This document shows, one piece after another, positions 25,096 through 39,200 of a stretch of DNA of 64,000 nucleotides. The stretch spans positions 111,042,001-111,106,000 of the forward strand of contig OZ024741.1 in assembly GCA_964016885.1 (NCBI GenBank). The letters run 5' to 3'. Every line of letters begins with the position of its first letter. The stretch's first letter is position 1. Source of the DNA: Eledone cirrhosa. Taxonomy: Eukaryota. A program made the translations under genes and the position numbers. The notes under the pieces are model-generated. The model was not told where the DNA came from, did no database searches, and saw only the letters and a list, made by a program, of their open reading frames with translations.

Positions 25096-25529
25096 GCACC
25101 GTTTTACGTCCGTTTTTCCACGCTAGCATGGGTTAGACGGGTTGTCCTGTTCTGGGCAGAGTCCGGTTGGCTGACCTTGTCTTGCTCATACAGGAACTGA
25201 TTCTGGCTTGATTTCTATAGCTGGATGCCCTTCCTAACACCAACCTCATTTACAGTGAGTGCTGGGTGTTTTTTTTTTCGTGGTGCCTCACGTCCACTTT
25301 TACAGTGTGGGTGCTTTTTTTGCCGTGGCGGCACCTCCACGACCACTTTGCAGTGGAATGATAGGGACCCCAGTTCTATCATCTCATTTATACAGCTGAG
25401 TAAAATGAGTACAGCAATGTGAAATAAAGTGTCTTGCTCAAGGAAATAACACATCACCCGGTCCGAGAATTGAACTCACAACCTTTCGATTGCAAGCCCA
25501 ATGCTCTAATCACTAAGCCATACGCCTTC
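25096..25529 (-). mobile_element. tRNA-headed SINE with RTE-derived 3' end, nested in the hAT element
   Basis: Head ggcgtatggcttagtgattagagc...gagttcaattc; tail similar to the RTE LINE 3' UTR at 43605-43960. Confidence 0.8.
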
Positions 25530-25983
25530 CTTATTCATAAAAAAGAACATTTATGCTCCTTTTTTTGAAATTTATATATTTCCTTTCAAGGAATATATTT
25601 ATACTCTCAGCTGCCTGCAATGGTATCTTTGGAATATTGTTAATTAATTTTTTAGTAATCGACTGATATCAAAATCAGTAGTATATTGAAAAATGGAAAA
25701 ATAGGGTAGGGGGCGTTTCATGATTTCAAGGCACAAAATCGGTTGAGAACCTGTGGTATAAACGATGCAATAATAGTTGGGGAAAAAATGTATTGAGACA
25801 ATTTTTACAATGCGTCATGGAAAAAAATATATTTTCGTTAATTACAAAATACTATCACCCAATTTAGTGGGTATTTTATTACCACTATCAACACATATGT
25901 ATTATTCCCATTAATACCTTTGCAAAAGACACAACCATTAAAAAAATTGCATTTCTTTCCCAACTCCACCAAATTAATGCATG

Positions 25984-26172
25984 ATAATTGTTTCTACTTT
26001 TGGCACAAGGCCAGTAATTACCCAGTGCATTACCCTGGTACTTTATTTTATCGACCCCGTAAGGATGAAAGGCAAAGTCAACCTCGGCGGGATTTGAACT
26101 CAGATCGTAAAGGGACGTAACTATGCTGGAAAGCATGGCGTCCGACCCTCTACTGATGCTGCCAATCCACAA
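25984..26172 (-). mobile_element. tRNA-derived Meta-domain SINE
   Basis: Reverse complement is nearly identical to 29437-29625. Confidence 0.85.
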
Positions 26173-26579
26173 TGATAATTCATCGTTTCAAAAAATATAA
26201 GAAAAAATCTTGTCTATTTGTAAAGAAATTCTTATCAAAGCAACCAGTCCCTGTCCGTAATAAGGTTGTAACTGAAGAAGTGATGGGTTCGTCAGCAGTG
26301 ATTAATGTTATTACACATTTTCTTTTTATTTCATCGTCATTTATTATAGAATATTACAAATATTAAATTTTATTTACAGTTGAATAAATAACATTACAAA
26401 TTGTTCTCAATTCTTTCAGGATGAAAATATTACAATTAACTAATGCTATGAGCCTCATAAATATAACGCAACAAGGAATATAATAACATAATGCTTACAG
26501 AATGAAAATAGACACAACTAATATATACAATACTTAATGAATGAAAATATAAACACATATAATAAATATAATTGATTAC

Positions 26580-26960
26580 TCGAGCTAGGGCCCGCTTGAT
26601 GATCAGGTTTAACTCGTGTGGCAGGCGAAGCGACCAGCATCCAGGTGAAGTCGAGGGGCCTACCACAGAGACATCTTAGACCCCCTTCACCTAGATATCA
26701 GCTCGCACTCGGAGTGCAATGGAGATGCGGAGCTCGTCCAGACTGAGAAGACCACCAATGTTGGCCACAGGCAGGGCATCAGTTCCCTGGGAATTTTGCT
26801 TGCAGAAAATAAGCGACACATTGAAAATTGATCAGATTGATCAAATAGAGGGTTGAAGGTGCCGCTCGAACGCAGGTTGTCCCATGCTCTCTGCTTCCAC
26901 CTATCCTCGTCAGTATCAGGAACTGACAAACCCAGCACTCTCTCTACTGTAGTAAAATTC
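26580..26960 (-). mobile_element. CRE-type non-LTR retrotransposon fragment
   Basis: WKQRAWD and HELNLIIKRALAR match the CRE RHxxLNxIIKRAL motif. A plus-strand MAYETFGG remnant near 27550 may be related. Confidence 0.6.
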
Positions 26961-27983
26961 CATCAATCTCCTTAGTCGAACTGGGTGTGGAGTTAGATTG
27001 AGCTGTAGTCATAGCTACCCCAAACCACTATAATATTTGAATTGCCCTAAATCAATTTTTTTTTCCTGTCGTAAATAACAAGCAGGGGACTCTTTCAGTC
27101 TGAGTCCCTGTTGGATTGTGTATAAATTCTTTTTTTCTTTTTCGTATTGTGTATAAGCGAAAGTAAATTCGTGAAGAACTAGCCCCCCTTCCTTTTTCTT
27201 TTATTATCACTCCGCCCCACTTTCTTAGAACTGTATATATACATATGTGAAATAGATTTATCATAAACGTATTTATAAATACACATGTTGAACCTAGAAA
27301 CATATATCAACTTTCATAACTATTAATAACATTCATTTTGCTCATACCGATAATGCTCTATGTAAAGACATAGACGTTACAATATTCTCATTGTGCGTAA
27401 GTTATCATCATATATATTTAGAAAAGAATTGTATTTTCATTCAAATGTTTTATCTTTCATCCACTCGTATTGGAGTCAGTTAATTTTCCGTAACCGATCG
27501 AAATAAAATTCTAAAATACCAGGAATTATCGGCAAACTATTTTTCCCAACCTATGGCATACGAGACGTTTGGGGGAGTTGGGCCGCTGATAACACAATTC
27601 TTGTCATCGGTAGCGTTCGCCTTACCAAGGTATCAGGCAATGCTCCTGGTGAGGGTGCTTGGTTATTTCAGTGCCTTAGTCTCGCTGTCACCCCTGCAAG
27701 TGTGTTGGCTTACCTAAAAAAACATTAGAGAGAATCTCCAGTACCTTTTGTTGTGGTGTGTGATTGAGTGAGCTGGTCTTACCACACCCTTTCCACTTAT
27801 TCGTAATAATTGTTTCGACTTTTGGTACAAGGCCGGCAATTACTCAGTATGCGGCCGATTGTCGCACTTGATGGTGAATTGATGGTCGTTTTTGTTTTTC
27901 TTCGTTTTTCTTTCTCTCGCTCTGGTCATATATTTAGCTGCGTTGTATTTGTGAGGTTCCTAGGCAGTAGTTAATTGTATTTG

Positions 27984-28742
<759 letters not shown>

Positions 28743-29436
28743 ATTGTATTGACACGTGTATTGATATATAAATTAAAAACTTAAAACACTTGACAGTTTA
28801 CACTGTGTAGACGAATTTATAGCTCAAGATAAACATTCGCCATGCTACTAGACAAATATCTTGTTTGTTCTCTCAACAGAGGTGAGTTTTTTACGTCACT
28901 GGATAGACTAGAATGATAAACACACTTTCCTATTCACAGTATGTATGAAGAATAAATTATTCTTTTACATTCATATCTAGTTCTTTTACAATACTTACAC
29001 CACAGAATTGTAGTGTAAGCATCACACAATTTCTAATTTTCTCATTCCATACTCCAAATATTTGAAAGGAAAATATTGTATTTATTCATTTACTAGGTTA
29101 AATAAATACAAACAAATAATTATAAATAAACTATAAAAGTAAAGCTAGCAAAGATATTTCTCAATCTGTAACTAACTAGGCTACTATTTCAGTTCCATGA
29201 CCACAAATAAACGTTAACTGACACATGCTCGGATATCCGAGTGAATGTTACGGTAGCTGCTACTGGTTTAGTTAGCTGTACGTGCATACTGTACCCATCT
29301 AATGGATTATATACATATGCTTTAGAAACGTGTATTCAGCATTTCAATGGAATTTGGTCAACTTCCAGAGCCACCGATTCTTTTCAAAGGTGGAATGCCA
29401 ATAATAAGGGCGGAGGAGTAATGCAGACAGAACTCC

Positions 29437-29632
29437 GGTGGATTGGCAGTATCGGTAGAGGGTCGGACGCCATGCTTTCCAGCATAGTTACGTCCCTTTA
29501 CGATCTGAGTTCAAATCCCGCCGAGGTTGACTTTGCCTTTCATCCTTACGGGGTCGATAAAATAAAGTACCAGTAATGCACTGGGTAATTTGCTGGCCTT
29601 GTGCCTAAAGTAGAAACAATTATTATTATTAT
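29437..29632 (+). mobile_element. tRNA-derived Meta-domain SINE with (TTA)n tail
   Basis: A/B boxes plus ctttgcctttcatccttacggggtcgataaaataaagtaccag. Further degenerate copies near 16320, 30430, 36480-36690, 39360, 40125-40280 and 41420. Confidence 0.85.
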
Positions 29633-30410
29633 TGTTTCTTCGCTCAGCTTCTAAAGCTGGAGATGTATTACAGTGAACTGAGGTAACACCCTTATTTTTC
29701 GAGTACCCTCCAGAGCATACCAGCTGTTCCAAGTAAGTGTTCCATCCATATTGCAATCCCTATTTGTTTGATGTCCTTTTCAAGATTTCTACTCACTGTT
29801 CCCAGTTTTCTATTATTGGTATTACCACCACCTTTTTCAGTGACCACAACTGCTTAACCTCCCAAGCTAACCTGTCATATCTATCAATTTGTTTACCTTC
29901 TTTATCACATACCTTGTTATCAGCTGAAGAGGCTATATCTATGACCCAACACGCTTTGCTGTCTTTCTCAATTAGTACAATATGTTCAATCCTATGATTA
30001 CACTATCACAAAGTCCCACAGGATCTTTGCATCATTATTTTTGATAACGCCGTCAAGGTTATGTTCGTTCCTTCCTTCTCCTTCAACTTTCTAACACCCT
30101 TCTTAGAATCTTTGCTGTTCCCAGCAAGGCTATTTTCTGATGGTAATTCCTAGCTTCCCAAGCCATGCATCCAACCTTTTACTAACTGCTCCCAGTGCGC
30201 CAACCACAATCGGTACCACTTCTGTGTCTGATTCTCCACAGTTTCCTGATTTTCCTCTTCAGTTCCTGTTATTTCTCAACCTTTTCACTTTCTTTCTCAT
30301 TCACCCTGTGATCCCATGGTGAAGCAATATCCACAATACATGCCTTGTTATTTTTCGTTTCTATGACAACAATGTCAGGCTTTCTAGCCATGATAGAATG
30401 GTCGCACTAG
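29633..30410 (-). mobile_element. Two degraded R4/Dong-type RLE 3' fragments abutting the SINE's (TTA)n tail
   Basis: DHSIMARKPDIVVIE...IVDIASP and AKILWDF remnants; the 3' end runs into (TAA)n. Confidence 0.65.
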
Positions 30411-32314
30411 CCATGATAGAATGGTCGCACTAAGTTCAAATCCTACCGAGGTCAACTTTGCCTTTTATCCTTTCGAGGTTGATAAAAAATGTACCAGTCT
30501 AGTACTGGGGTCAATTATTCCTCTGTATCTCTTTCATACTTCCTGTCTCTCACTTTCTATTCTTCTCTGGAAGAAATCTGCTCTGTTCTGACCTGGAGAG
30601 GGATGGGCGCCCCAAGCTTAAAATGCCTAAGAAATGCCATATGCCACTACAGCGCTCCTATGATTCCATCAGGAGCTATGGGACCATACTATACCATACA
30701 ATAAATTCTTCCATGGTGTTGTTCTACCAAACTTTCTTCACTTGTTCTTTCTCTTAAGGTTGTTAATCAAGTGACTCATCTTTTTACTAATTATCTTTTC
30801 ACAGTGGTTGTCCCCTTTTTTTAAGGAAAGTTATTTACTCTAGTAGTTTTCTTGTTTGTATAATGTGAATGATCTTAATTTTTAAAAAATCTTCTGCTGA
30901 TTTCAAGGGCTGCATCTCATGAAATTTTCTGTTTTTAATTTTTCTGTTATAACTCTGAACCATTTACATGGTTGCTTGAGGCCTGTTATATTGCTGGTTA
31001 GTCACTGCCGTTATAAAACAGACATATGTATTATTTTAACATATCCCTTGAGAAACAAATCAAAATATCTCAATGCACATAATGGCCAGAGTGCCCATCA
31101 CTGACTCTCAGCATCTTATTTTAAAGTGTAGCTGAGTCCTGCTTCTGTACTTCAAAATCTAATTTTGTATCAAATACATGTGATTACATGGTAGATGATG
31201 GTTAAAAGACTTAAAACACTCATTAAATGTTTAAAATAGCCATAGTAAATTCCTATGAAACACTGGGCCATGCCACCTACCTCCAAGATTTGTGCAGTTC
31301 TAAAATTTCCTTAAAATAAACCCTAGAATTTCCTAGAAATAGCAGCCAACCCTCCTTTAATAATTTAGCATTTATATTACTCTATATTTACTATTGTATT
31401 TTCATGGTAAAGGTTTTACCTCACATAATTATCTCACATAATATCGAAGCTATGAGATTTTGATATTATTTATTTTGAGAACAATACCTTAACATCAGTA
31501 TGAGTGGCCAGTTACAGTTGGTTTGAACAGAAAGAGGTGAGAGAATTCTATCCAGACTTGGCCGTTTTAAATGCTGAAGGTTTAAATCACTCTTTACTAT
31601 TTTAAATATGGGAGTGTAGAACCTATTGTATAATCACACCTTACCACCTGAAATATGAACAAAATCACATTTTATTGTTTTAGATAAGGGTATTTGGGAC
31701 ACATTGGTCCTACATCCCTAAAAAAGACGAGATTGTCATGGCTGGAATGCCTTTGAAGATATATATTTCTGACCTGAAGTTAAACAATAACAATAGCAAC
31801 ACTGTGGCAGTTAAAGTATATAAAGACGTTCCCAAACCAATTGAATGAGATACGTTTATGAAATAGTATATAATACAGCCTGAACCAATTGGCAAAGTAC
31901 CAAGCCTATGCATGTTTACTGTTTATTCAATAGCTTTCGTCAATGAGAATTTCCCTTTGGTATTTTTAAAGAGGAGTACGTTGAATGTACAATTTGGTCA
32001 GCAGCCAAGATACAATACTTCTAGGGTTTTGTGCTTTTTTTTATAAATATTCCATTTAAAATATGATGTATTGTGTGATTATACACCTTTCCAAGAATTC
32101 AAGAATTGAAATAGTTATCATCAACATCATCATAGTTTTTACGTCCGTTTTTCCACACTCGCATGGGTTGGGTGGGTCTCTTTCAGCCCAGCATCTCTCC
32201 ACACATTATGACCCTTTGTTATCTCCACTGTGAGTTTCAGTGATTTGAGATCAGTATATAAACAATGTAAGTATGCATATATGCAAGCAGCGAAAAGCAG
32301 GCGTAAAATGATGA

Positions 32315-32370
<56 letters not shown>

Positions 32371-32768
32371 CATTATAAAGAAATGTTTCTTCTTTCTTTA
32401 TAATGTATTATATAGCTCTGATATAGAGTCAATCTAATTCATTCGGATTATTTTGTCCCTATTAATTATAGAGCAACAACGGTTAAGGTTGGCACCACAC
32501 AAATTCAGGGATATATGTGTGTATATGCATGTATATGTATGTATTCGCATGTATCTGTGTATTTCTTTTGATTGTATATATATATATATATATACACACA
32601 CACATATACACACATAGGCATGTGTGTATATATAGCTACGGCTCTCTAAATGCTTATTTTAAACATACTGTATTTAAACATACTGTATTTCTTCTGAAAT
32701 ACGAAATTCCAATACATATCTGTATACAACTATGCCTGAAGCTAAATTGTAATTCTCTCTCTCTCTCT

Positions 32769-34450
32769 CATCATCATCATCATCACCGTTTTACGTCCGT
32801 TCTTCTACGCTAGCATGGGTTAGACGGGTTGTCCCGTTGTGGGCAGTGTCCGGTCGGCTGACCTTGTCTTGCTCATACAGGAACTGATTCTGGCTTGATT
32901 TTCTACAGCTGGATGCCCTTCCTAACAGTGAGTGGTGGGTGTTTTTTTCCGTGGTACCTACACGTCCACTTTACAGTGTGGGCTGGGTGCTTTTTTTGCC
33001 GTGGCACTTCCACAACCACAGTGGGAGGGTGCGGGGGCATATTGTCTATATGCTTCAGCTTCGGCTTGTACCCATGGGGGAGGGGGTGTCTTCTGTATTA
33101 CTGCGTGACGCCAGAGGTCACGGTCGTGTCATCGCCTTTGAGAGGTGTAATTGGGCAAGGTCAGCTTTTATCACTTCGTCCCAGGTCTTGGGTCTCCCCA
33201 CTCTGCGGTTTCCATCGACTTCTACTGCTCTGCACCTTTTTATGAAGCTGTCATCCTTCATACGCATCACATGTCCATACCAACGCAACTGCCCCTCCTG
33301 CACACAGCATTTGATTCCTCTTATGCTCAGTCTCTCTCTCTCAATTCATTTATGCTTTGTCGTTCGCGTATATTACTATTACACATCCATCGGAGCATGC
33401 AGGCTTCGTTTCTTTCTAATCTACGTAAGTCTTCCACCTTCAGCGCCCAGGTCTCACTACCATGTAACATTGCTTTTCGGATACACGCATCATACAGTCT
33501 GCTTTTCATTTTGAAGGAAAAACCTTTTGCAGCTAGCAGTGACAGTAGCTCCCTGAACTTCTTCCATCCCGTTCTTACACTAGTTATTGTACTTTCCGAA
33601 CACCCACCTCCGCTTCTAATTCGATCACCTAAGTAGCAGAAGCTGTCTACTGTTTCTACAGAGCCCTCCCAGCGTTTGGTGGTACTTGTTTCCTGTGGCT
33701 GTTTGCTGCTTGCTGTCCCAGCACAGCTGCTACATGTGAAGCCTACATTCTTAGTTAAACTTCCTGAGATCCCACTACATCTCTTGTGTACCCATTGTTT
33801 GCATTTGGGGCAGAGAATGGAGTTCCTACCTACACCTTTCCTACATACTGAGCATGGCCATTTCCCTGAGGGGATCTGGGTTCTGTTTTCTCGTCTACTT
33901 ACAAGGACCTTAGTCTTTGTCATGTTGACTTTGAGACCCTTTCTTTTTAGTCCCTGCTTTCAAGTTTGGAATTTCTTCTCTAGTTCTACCATAGATTCAG
34001 CTATAAGTGCGAGGTCATCTGCATACAGGAGTTCCCATGGGCATCCGGTCTTAAACTCCTCCATTATTGCCTGCAAGACTATGATGAACAGGAGAGGGCT
34101 AAGAATAGAGCCCTGGTGGACACCGACCTGTATGCTAAATTCCTCGCTATATTCATTGCTAATCCTAACTTTGCTGACTGTTCCCCTATACAAGCCATTC
34201 ATCTACTCCTAGTTTTCTAAGGGCCCACCAGATTATAGCACGAGGAACTCTGTCAAAGGCTTTCTCGAGATCGACGAATGCCTGGTAGAGTGGCTTACTT
34301 TTAGCTAGGTACTTTTCCTGTAACTGCCTCATAAGGAAGAAGGCATCAGTGGTGCCTCTTCCTGGCACAAACCCAAATTGCATCTCATCTAGTTTCACCC
34401 GGTCCCTAATCAACTGTGCTATAACTCTTTCTGTTACTTTCATGACCTGA
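32769..34450 (-). mobile_element. 5'-truncated, disrupted RTE LINE (relative of the 44-47 kb element)
   Basis: QFGFVPGRGTTDA, FVDLEKAFDRVP, GVHQGSILSPLLF, LLYADDL and Cys cluster; (TGA)n tail. Confidence 0.93.
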
Positions 34451-35779
34451 TATATATATATATATAATGTGCATACTTACATTTACATAGACTGCATTCT
34501 AATTATTTCTTGAGAGGTCTGTTCCATTTCTAAAACAACTGGAACACTCATCATGGAAACTGATAGAGATCCTTTTCTTCTTTCCTTCCTAGTAGTTAGA
34601 TAGTACTTGTAATGGAGCATGGCTTCAATTCTTGACATAGTAGACACCAGTAAACCAGCAACTAACATAAAATTATTTCCTTTTTTTTTAATTAATTTTA
34701 TAATGTGCATACTTACATTTAAGTAGACTGCATTCTAATTATATAAACAATGTTTTGTCAGAAAGCCTGAAAGAATATCAGAAATTTCAAGATTTTTGTA
34801 TTCCTTCTCTACCACCAGTGCAATGGCTACTCTGGTGTTGTGTGGTTGTTGATTTAGTTTACTGAAGGTTGCTTAGAATTGCAGATTTACCATAGCTACC
34901 ATAGCCTTGAGTCAAAGTCACATACATATACATGTTAATTTCTTGAGAGGTCTGTTCCATTTCTAAAACAACTGGAACACTCATCATGGAAACTGATAGA
35001 GATCCCTTCTTCTTTCCTTCCTAGTAGTTAGATAGTACTTGTAATGGAGCATGGCTTCAATTCTTGACATAGTAGACACCAGTAAACCAGCAACTAACAT
35101 AAAATTATTTCCTTTTTTTTTTATTAATTTTAATTTCAAAAGTTGTATCCATAGCAACTTCACCTTTGACCTGGTTTTAATTTCTTGGTAATCCTTGATA
35201 GCAGGGAAAGTAAACAATATAGGATGTTTATATTATATTCTTCTTTAAGCTTTCAAAGAAAAACACACACACCACACACACATGCACACGCACACGCACA
35301 CACACACACACATTGAACGAGGACAAAAGTGAAATTTATTGTTTAAAAAGTTCATTGTTTTATAATCATTTCACAAGGTTGATTGACCATGATAAATTGA
35401 CATAGTGATCAATCATCTGACATCTAGAGAGCTCTACTGGCTACAAGTAGCTGGAGGAATATATCTGTGTGTTATTGATAGACATGAGAATGGGTACTCA
35501 ATACAGAAACAGAGTTTAAATATTAATTTATTTTGGCTAAGTGGATGTATGCTATTTACAAAGGGTGAGGTGGGGAGTAGTGTGCCTCAGTGAGACTATT
35601 TACAAGCAAACAATATAAATACAAGCTTTCCTTGGTAGGAAAGGATGATGGTTTAATTGGTGTAGGCATTTGCTCCCACTGCCCCCATAAATCCAGCCCT
35701 GCCTCCAGTCCTGTGGGATTGCATCCTTCAAGCACACCTAGTGGTATATGTTATGCAATAAATCGTTTACATTAGGACC

Positions 35780-36130
35780 ACCTTATTGTAGTATTTCAGT
35801 CACAATACCATCTTTCATGGGGACTTTGCCAATGTTTATTTGTCTCACTGCAGTTTTAACCTCTTTCAATGTGGGAGGATCATGAAGCTTGTTAATGATG
35901 GGAGCCTGCTCCATGGCCTCAATCACATTGGGATTAATGAGAGAAACATGGGTTAGGAGGTTGTTAAAGTGTTCAAGCCATCTTATCTTGATTTCATCAG
36001 GCTTATGCAACACTTTGTTTCCATTCCTTGACTTCAGTGTGGCAAAGACTATGGTGGATGAGCCATATACTGTGTGCAGTTCATGATATAATGATTTTGC
36101 ATTTTGTTTTTCTGATGAGGTTTCTATGTG
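35780..36130 (-). mobile_element. RTE/BovB-like LINE internal fragment
   Basis: IKIRWLEHFNNLL...PPTLKEVKTAVRQINIGKVP.KDGIVTEIL, the pre-RT region. Confidence 0.7.
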
Positions 36131-38499
36131 ATGTGCGTTATCAAGCTATTATGAATCTTTTCTCTGTGTGGTGCCGTGGTATCCTTTCTTAAATGTTGTT
36201 GCACCCTATCCATTAGATATAATGATATCGGCATCCAAATATTTTGCTTGCCTCTCATGGGATATTTCTAAATAGTATAGAGCATCAGAAAATTTTTATC
36301 TAGTTGTGCTCATCCTTTATATAATTTGATAATTATAAACATTGTTTTGTCAGTATTTTTTCATTGAAATAACAGGGAAGTTGAATGGCCAATGCTTAAA
36401 ATCAATTCTACCTTCTAGTGTAGAAGTAGTAGCCATTTCCAGCCAACTATTATAAACATCTTTGCATCTAGGTATAATATTAATGATGGTTTCTGATTTA
36501 GGCACAAGGCCAACAATTTTGGTAGAGGGTAAAGTCGATTAAATCAACCCCAGTGTATTACTGGTACTTTATTTTATTGACCCAGTAAGGATGAAAGGCA
36601 AAGCCAACTTCAGCAGGATTTGAACTCAGAACATTAAGGGCCGTAACTCTATACCACAAAACATGTTGTCCGATGCTCTACCAATACTCATCATCACCAA
36701 TAATCAATGAAAGCAATAACAACAAGCATTTTAAGGCCATGTTCCTGGTTAAAGCAGGGGTTAGCTTTGCTGACCCCCATGACAAATTCCACTTTTCTCT
36801 ATTGTCTGTGTCTTCCTTCAGCACATTTCCTCTTCCATTATGCCCAGCCATGTCTTTCTGGGTGTATCCAGTTTAAAAATTGATGCACTGTATGTTTACA
36901 TGTGAGTTATAGACAGACCTGAGAATGAGAACTCAATACCAAAACAGTCTTTAAATATTCATTTATTATGGATGTATGCTATATACAAAGGGTGAGATAG
37001 AGGGGTACCTCAGTGAGACTACTCACAGGCAAACAACATAGATACAAACTTTTCTGGGTAGGAAATGACGATGGGTTAAGTGGTGTAGCTTCCTTTTACA
37101 TGATCGCCACAAGGAGAATACCAAATCAATATTTGTATTGTTACAGTGACTACAGCATTAAAGTCACGTGATCTAACCCAGTGTGTCAATAATCAGTGAT
37201 GTTCTGTGACCAAGTCTTCTTCTCCTCCTCCTCTCTCTCTCTCTCTCTGCTAGATGTTGATGATGAACTCTTCAGAGTGCCCAAATACCACATCTTATAT
37301 AAATCAAAGAAAGATTTACCAAGAAGAAAATGCTTTCCAGTAGTGATGTTCTTCAATACAGGATGGATGGATCTCAGCACAATATAGCAAGCCATCACTT
37401 TTAATCAATACAAAATATTTTCACTTCGTTTTTGTTTTGTCTATTCATCTACAGTTATTTGCAAATTCATAGAATAGATAATTAATATGTACACCCTACC
37501 CCCATCTCATCTTCTGCTTCTCTCTATAAACATATTTCTGACTCATATTCAATCCAACCTTGCTTTTAGTTCAACAAATATGTAAAAATGAAAAACTTGG
37601 TCCAGCATTATTGACAGTACTAGACTTAACTATAAGCTAAATAAAATATAGCTGAGGGCCACACATCCTCTGGGGCTTCATTAAAAATGTTATTTTATTT
37701 TAATATTAGTTTTTATTCTTTAACACAAAATTATCAAAAATTATATATATTATTTGATTTTGTAATCATTAATAAATAACAACCATGTATAATTATTTGA
37801 ATTTTTTTACACTAAATTTTTTAGTGAATTACCTCAAATTTCATATAGCTTAGGGCCTCAGAAGGTCCAGCCCTGATTATTGAATATCTATCTATATAAC
37901 ATAATCATTATCATCGTTTTTGTGTCCACTTTTCCATGCTGGAAAAGGTTGGATGATTTTTTTTTTTTAAGGCAATATTTTACAGTCCTTCTTGATACCA
38001 ATCCTTTCAGGTGTTTCTTACAACAAACAGGGATACAGTGTACTCATTCTAAAAACCAGGATACACAATATAAGAAAAATCTGATAATTATATTCCAATT
38101 CCTCCTTTGGAAGAACACCTCCTTGGTAGACCTTCAACACTTTGTTTGGTTTTGGTCATGTCAGGGTTGTAGTCGTACTCACCATGCTTGGCTAATTGTA
38201 GGTTGGTGAAGCTATTTAACCCATAGTTGGTGTGGTTGGCTGTTGACTCTGAAGAGTTCATCTGTCCTTTTAACAGCTCTTGTTTTTTGGTCTACTGGAG
38301 TTCCACTGATCCTTCTAACGAGACCCTGGTTTGGTGGGGGAACCAGTTTAGTCGCCGACCACGCCATCATGTTCATAATAATGATATTACAGAAATAAAA
38401 CAATTTCAGCTTACTGTTTGGCAGACTGATGGACTGAATTCAGTTGAGAAATATGGTCAGTAGAAATTCCACATTAGCATTCTGTAGAGGATTAGTGGT

Positions 38500-39200
38500 G
38501 GGAAAGACTGACAAAATTATTGGGAAAACTAAGAATGAACTAACCAGTCTCTTATGGAGAACTTATGGCCTTGGGACAATGGACAATTTACAGAAATCCC
38601 TGGCCCGACAATACTAATGTGGGTCACTGTCAGATCATGACAAATTCTACAGGCATGTATGTGTTGTCACACCGACCTGTCTGAGATGTGCGCAGAATGA
38701 TGAAACTGTTCTGCCCACACTCGTCCAATGTCAGTGGAGTTTTGTCAAATAGCTATTGTCACATGTAGGACAGATCTGACTATCAACCAACTCCATTGTG
38801 AAGATTGCCTCTCTGCCATCTTTTAGCTGGGAAAGGCAGGCAGTTTTCCTCCTTTCTGACTATGGTGAAAGAGATTGTATGGACTCGGTTGGAATGATTG
38901 AGGACAGACACAATCCTCTTTGGCCAACCCCTCATAAATTTTTTCAGGTTCCACTTAGGAAGGAAATGAGGATGGGGAGCGAAGTACTGCGCACAATATA
39001 TTCGTTAAAAAGTGGGTGAATAATGCAAGGATGGCCCAAGTGAATGGGCCTAATCTAAGCTTGCATCTGTAGGCTGGAAAGGTCAAAGAGGAGGAGAGCA
39101 CTTTCTTAAGGTGCTTTTGGTGACCAGGATGGTTCTGGATTCAGGGTTCCTAAATTACCCTATAGGTGGTGTGCTCCCTACCCCGTATTGAGAATTTCTG
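38500..39200 (+). mobile_element. Degraded Tx1-like LINE 3' fragment
   Basis: CLRCAQNDETVLPTLVQC knuckle remnant; terminus similar in style to 18780-19260. Confidence 0.45.

Larger units (their letters stand above)
22865..25755 (+). mobile_element. hAT DNA transposon, Buster/Charlie type
   Basis: TIRs caaaggttctcaac and gttgagaacctgtg; exact TSD GTATAAAC (nnnTAnnn) at 22857-22864 and 25756-25763. Confidence 0.93.

Noticed and set aside
25455-25529. tRNA genes (also 29437-29525, 43530-43597, 50950-51018)
   Set aside because: A/B boxes run directly into SINE bodies; no complete cloverleaf.
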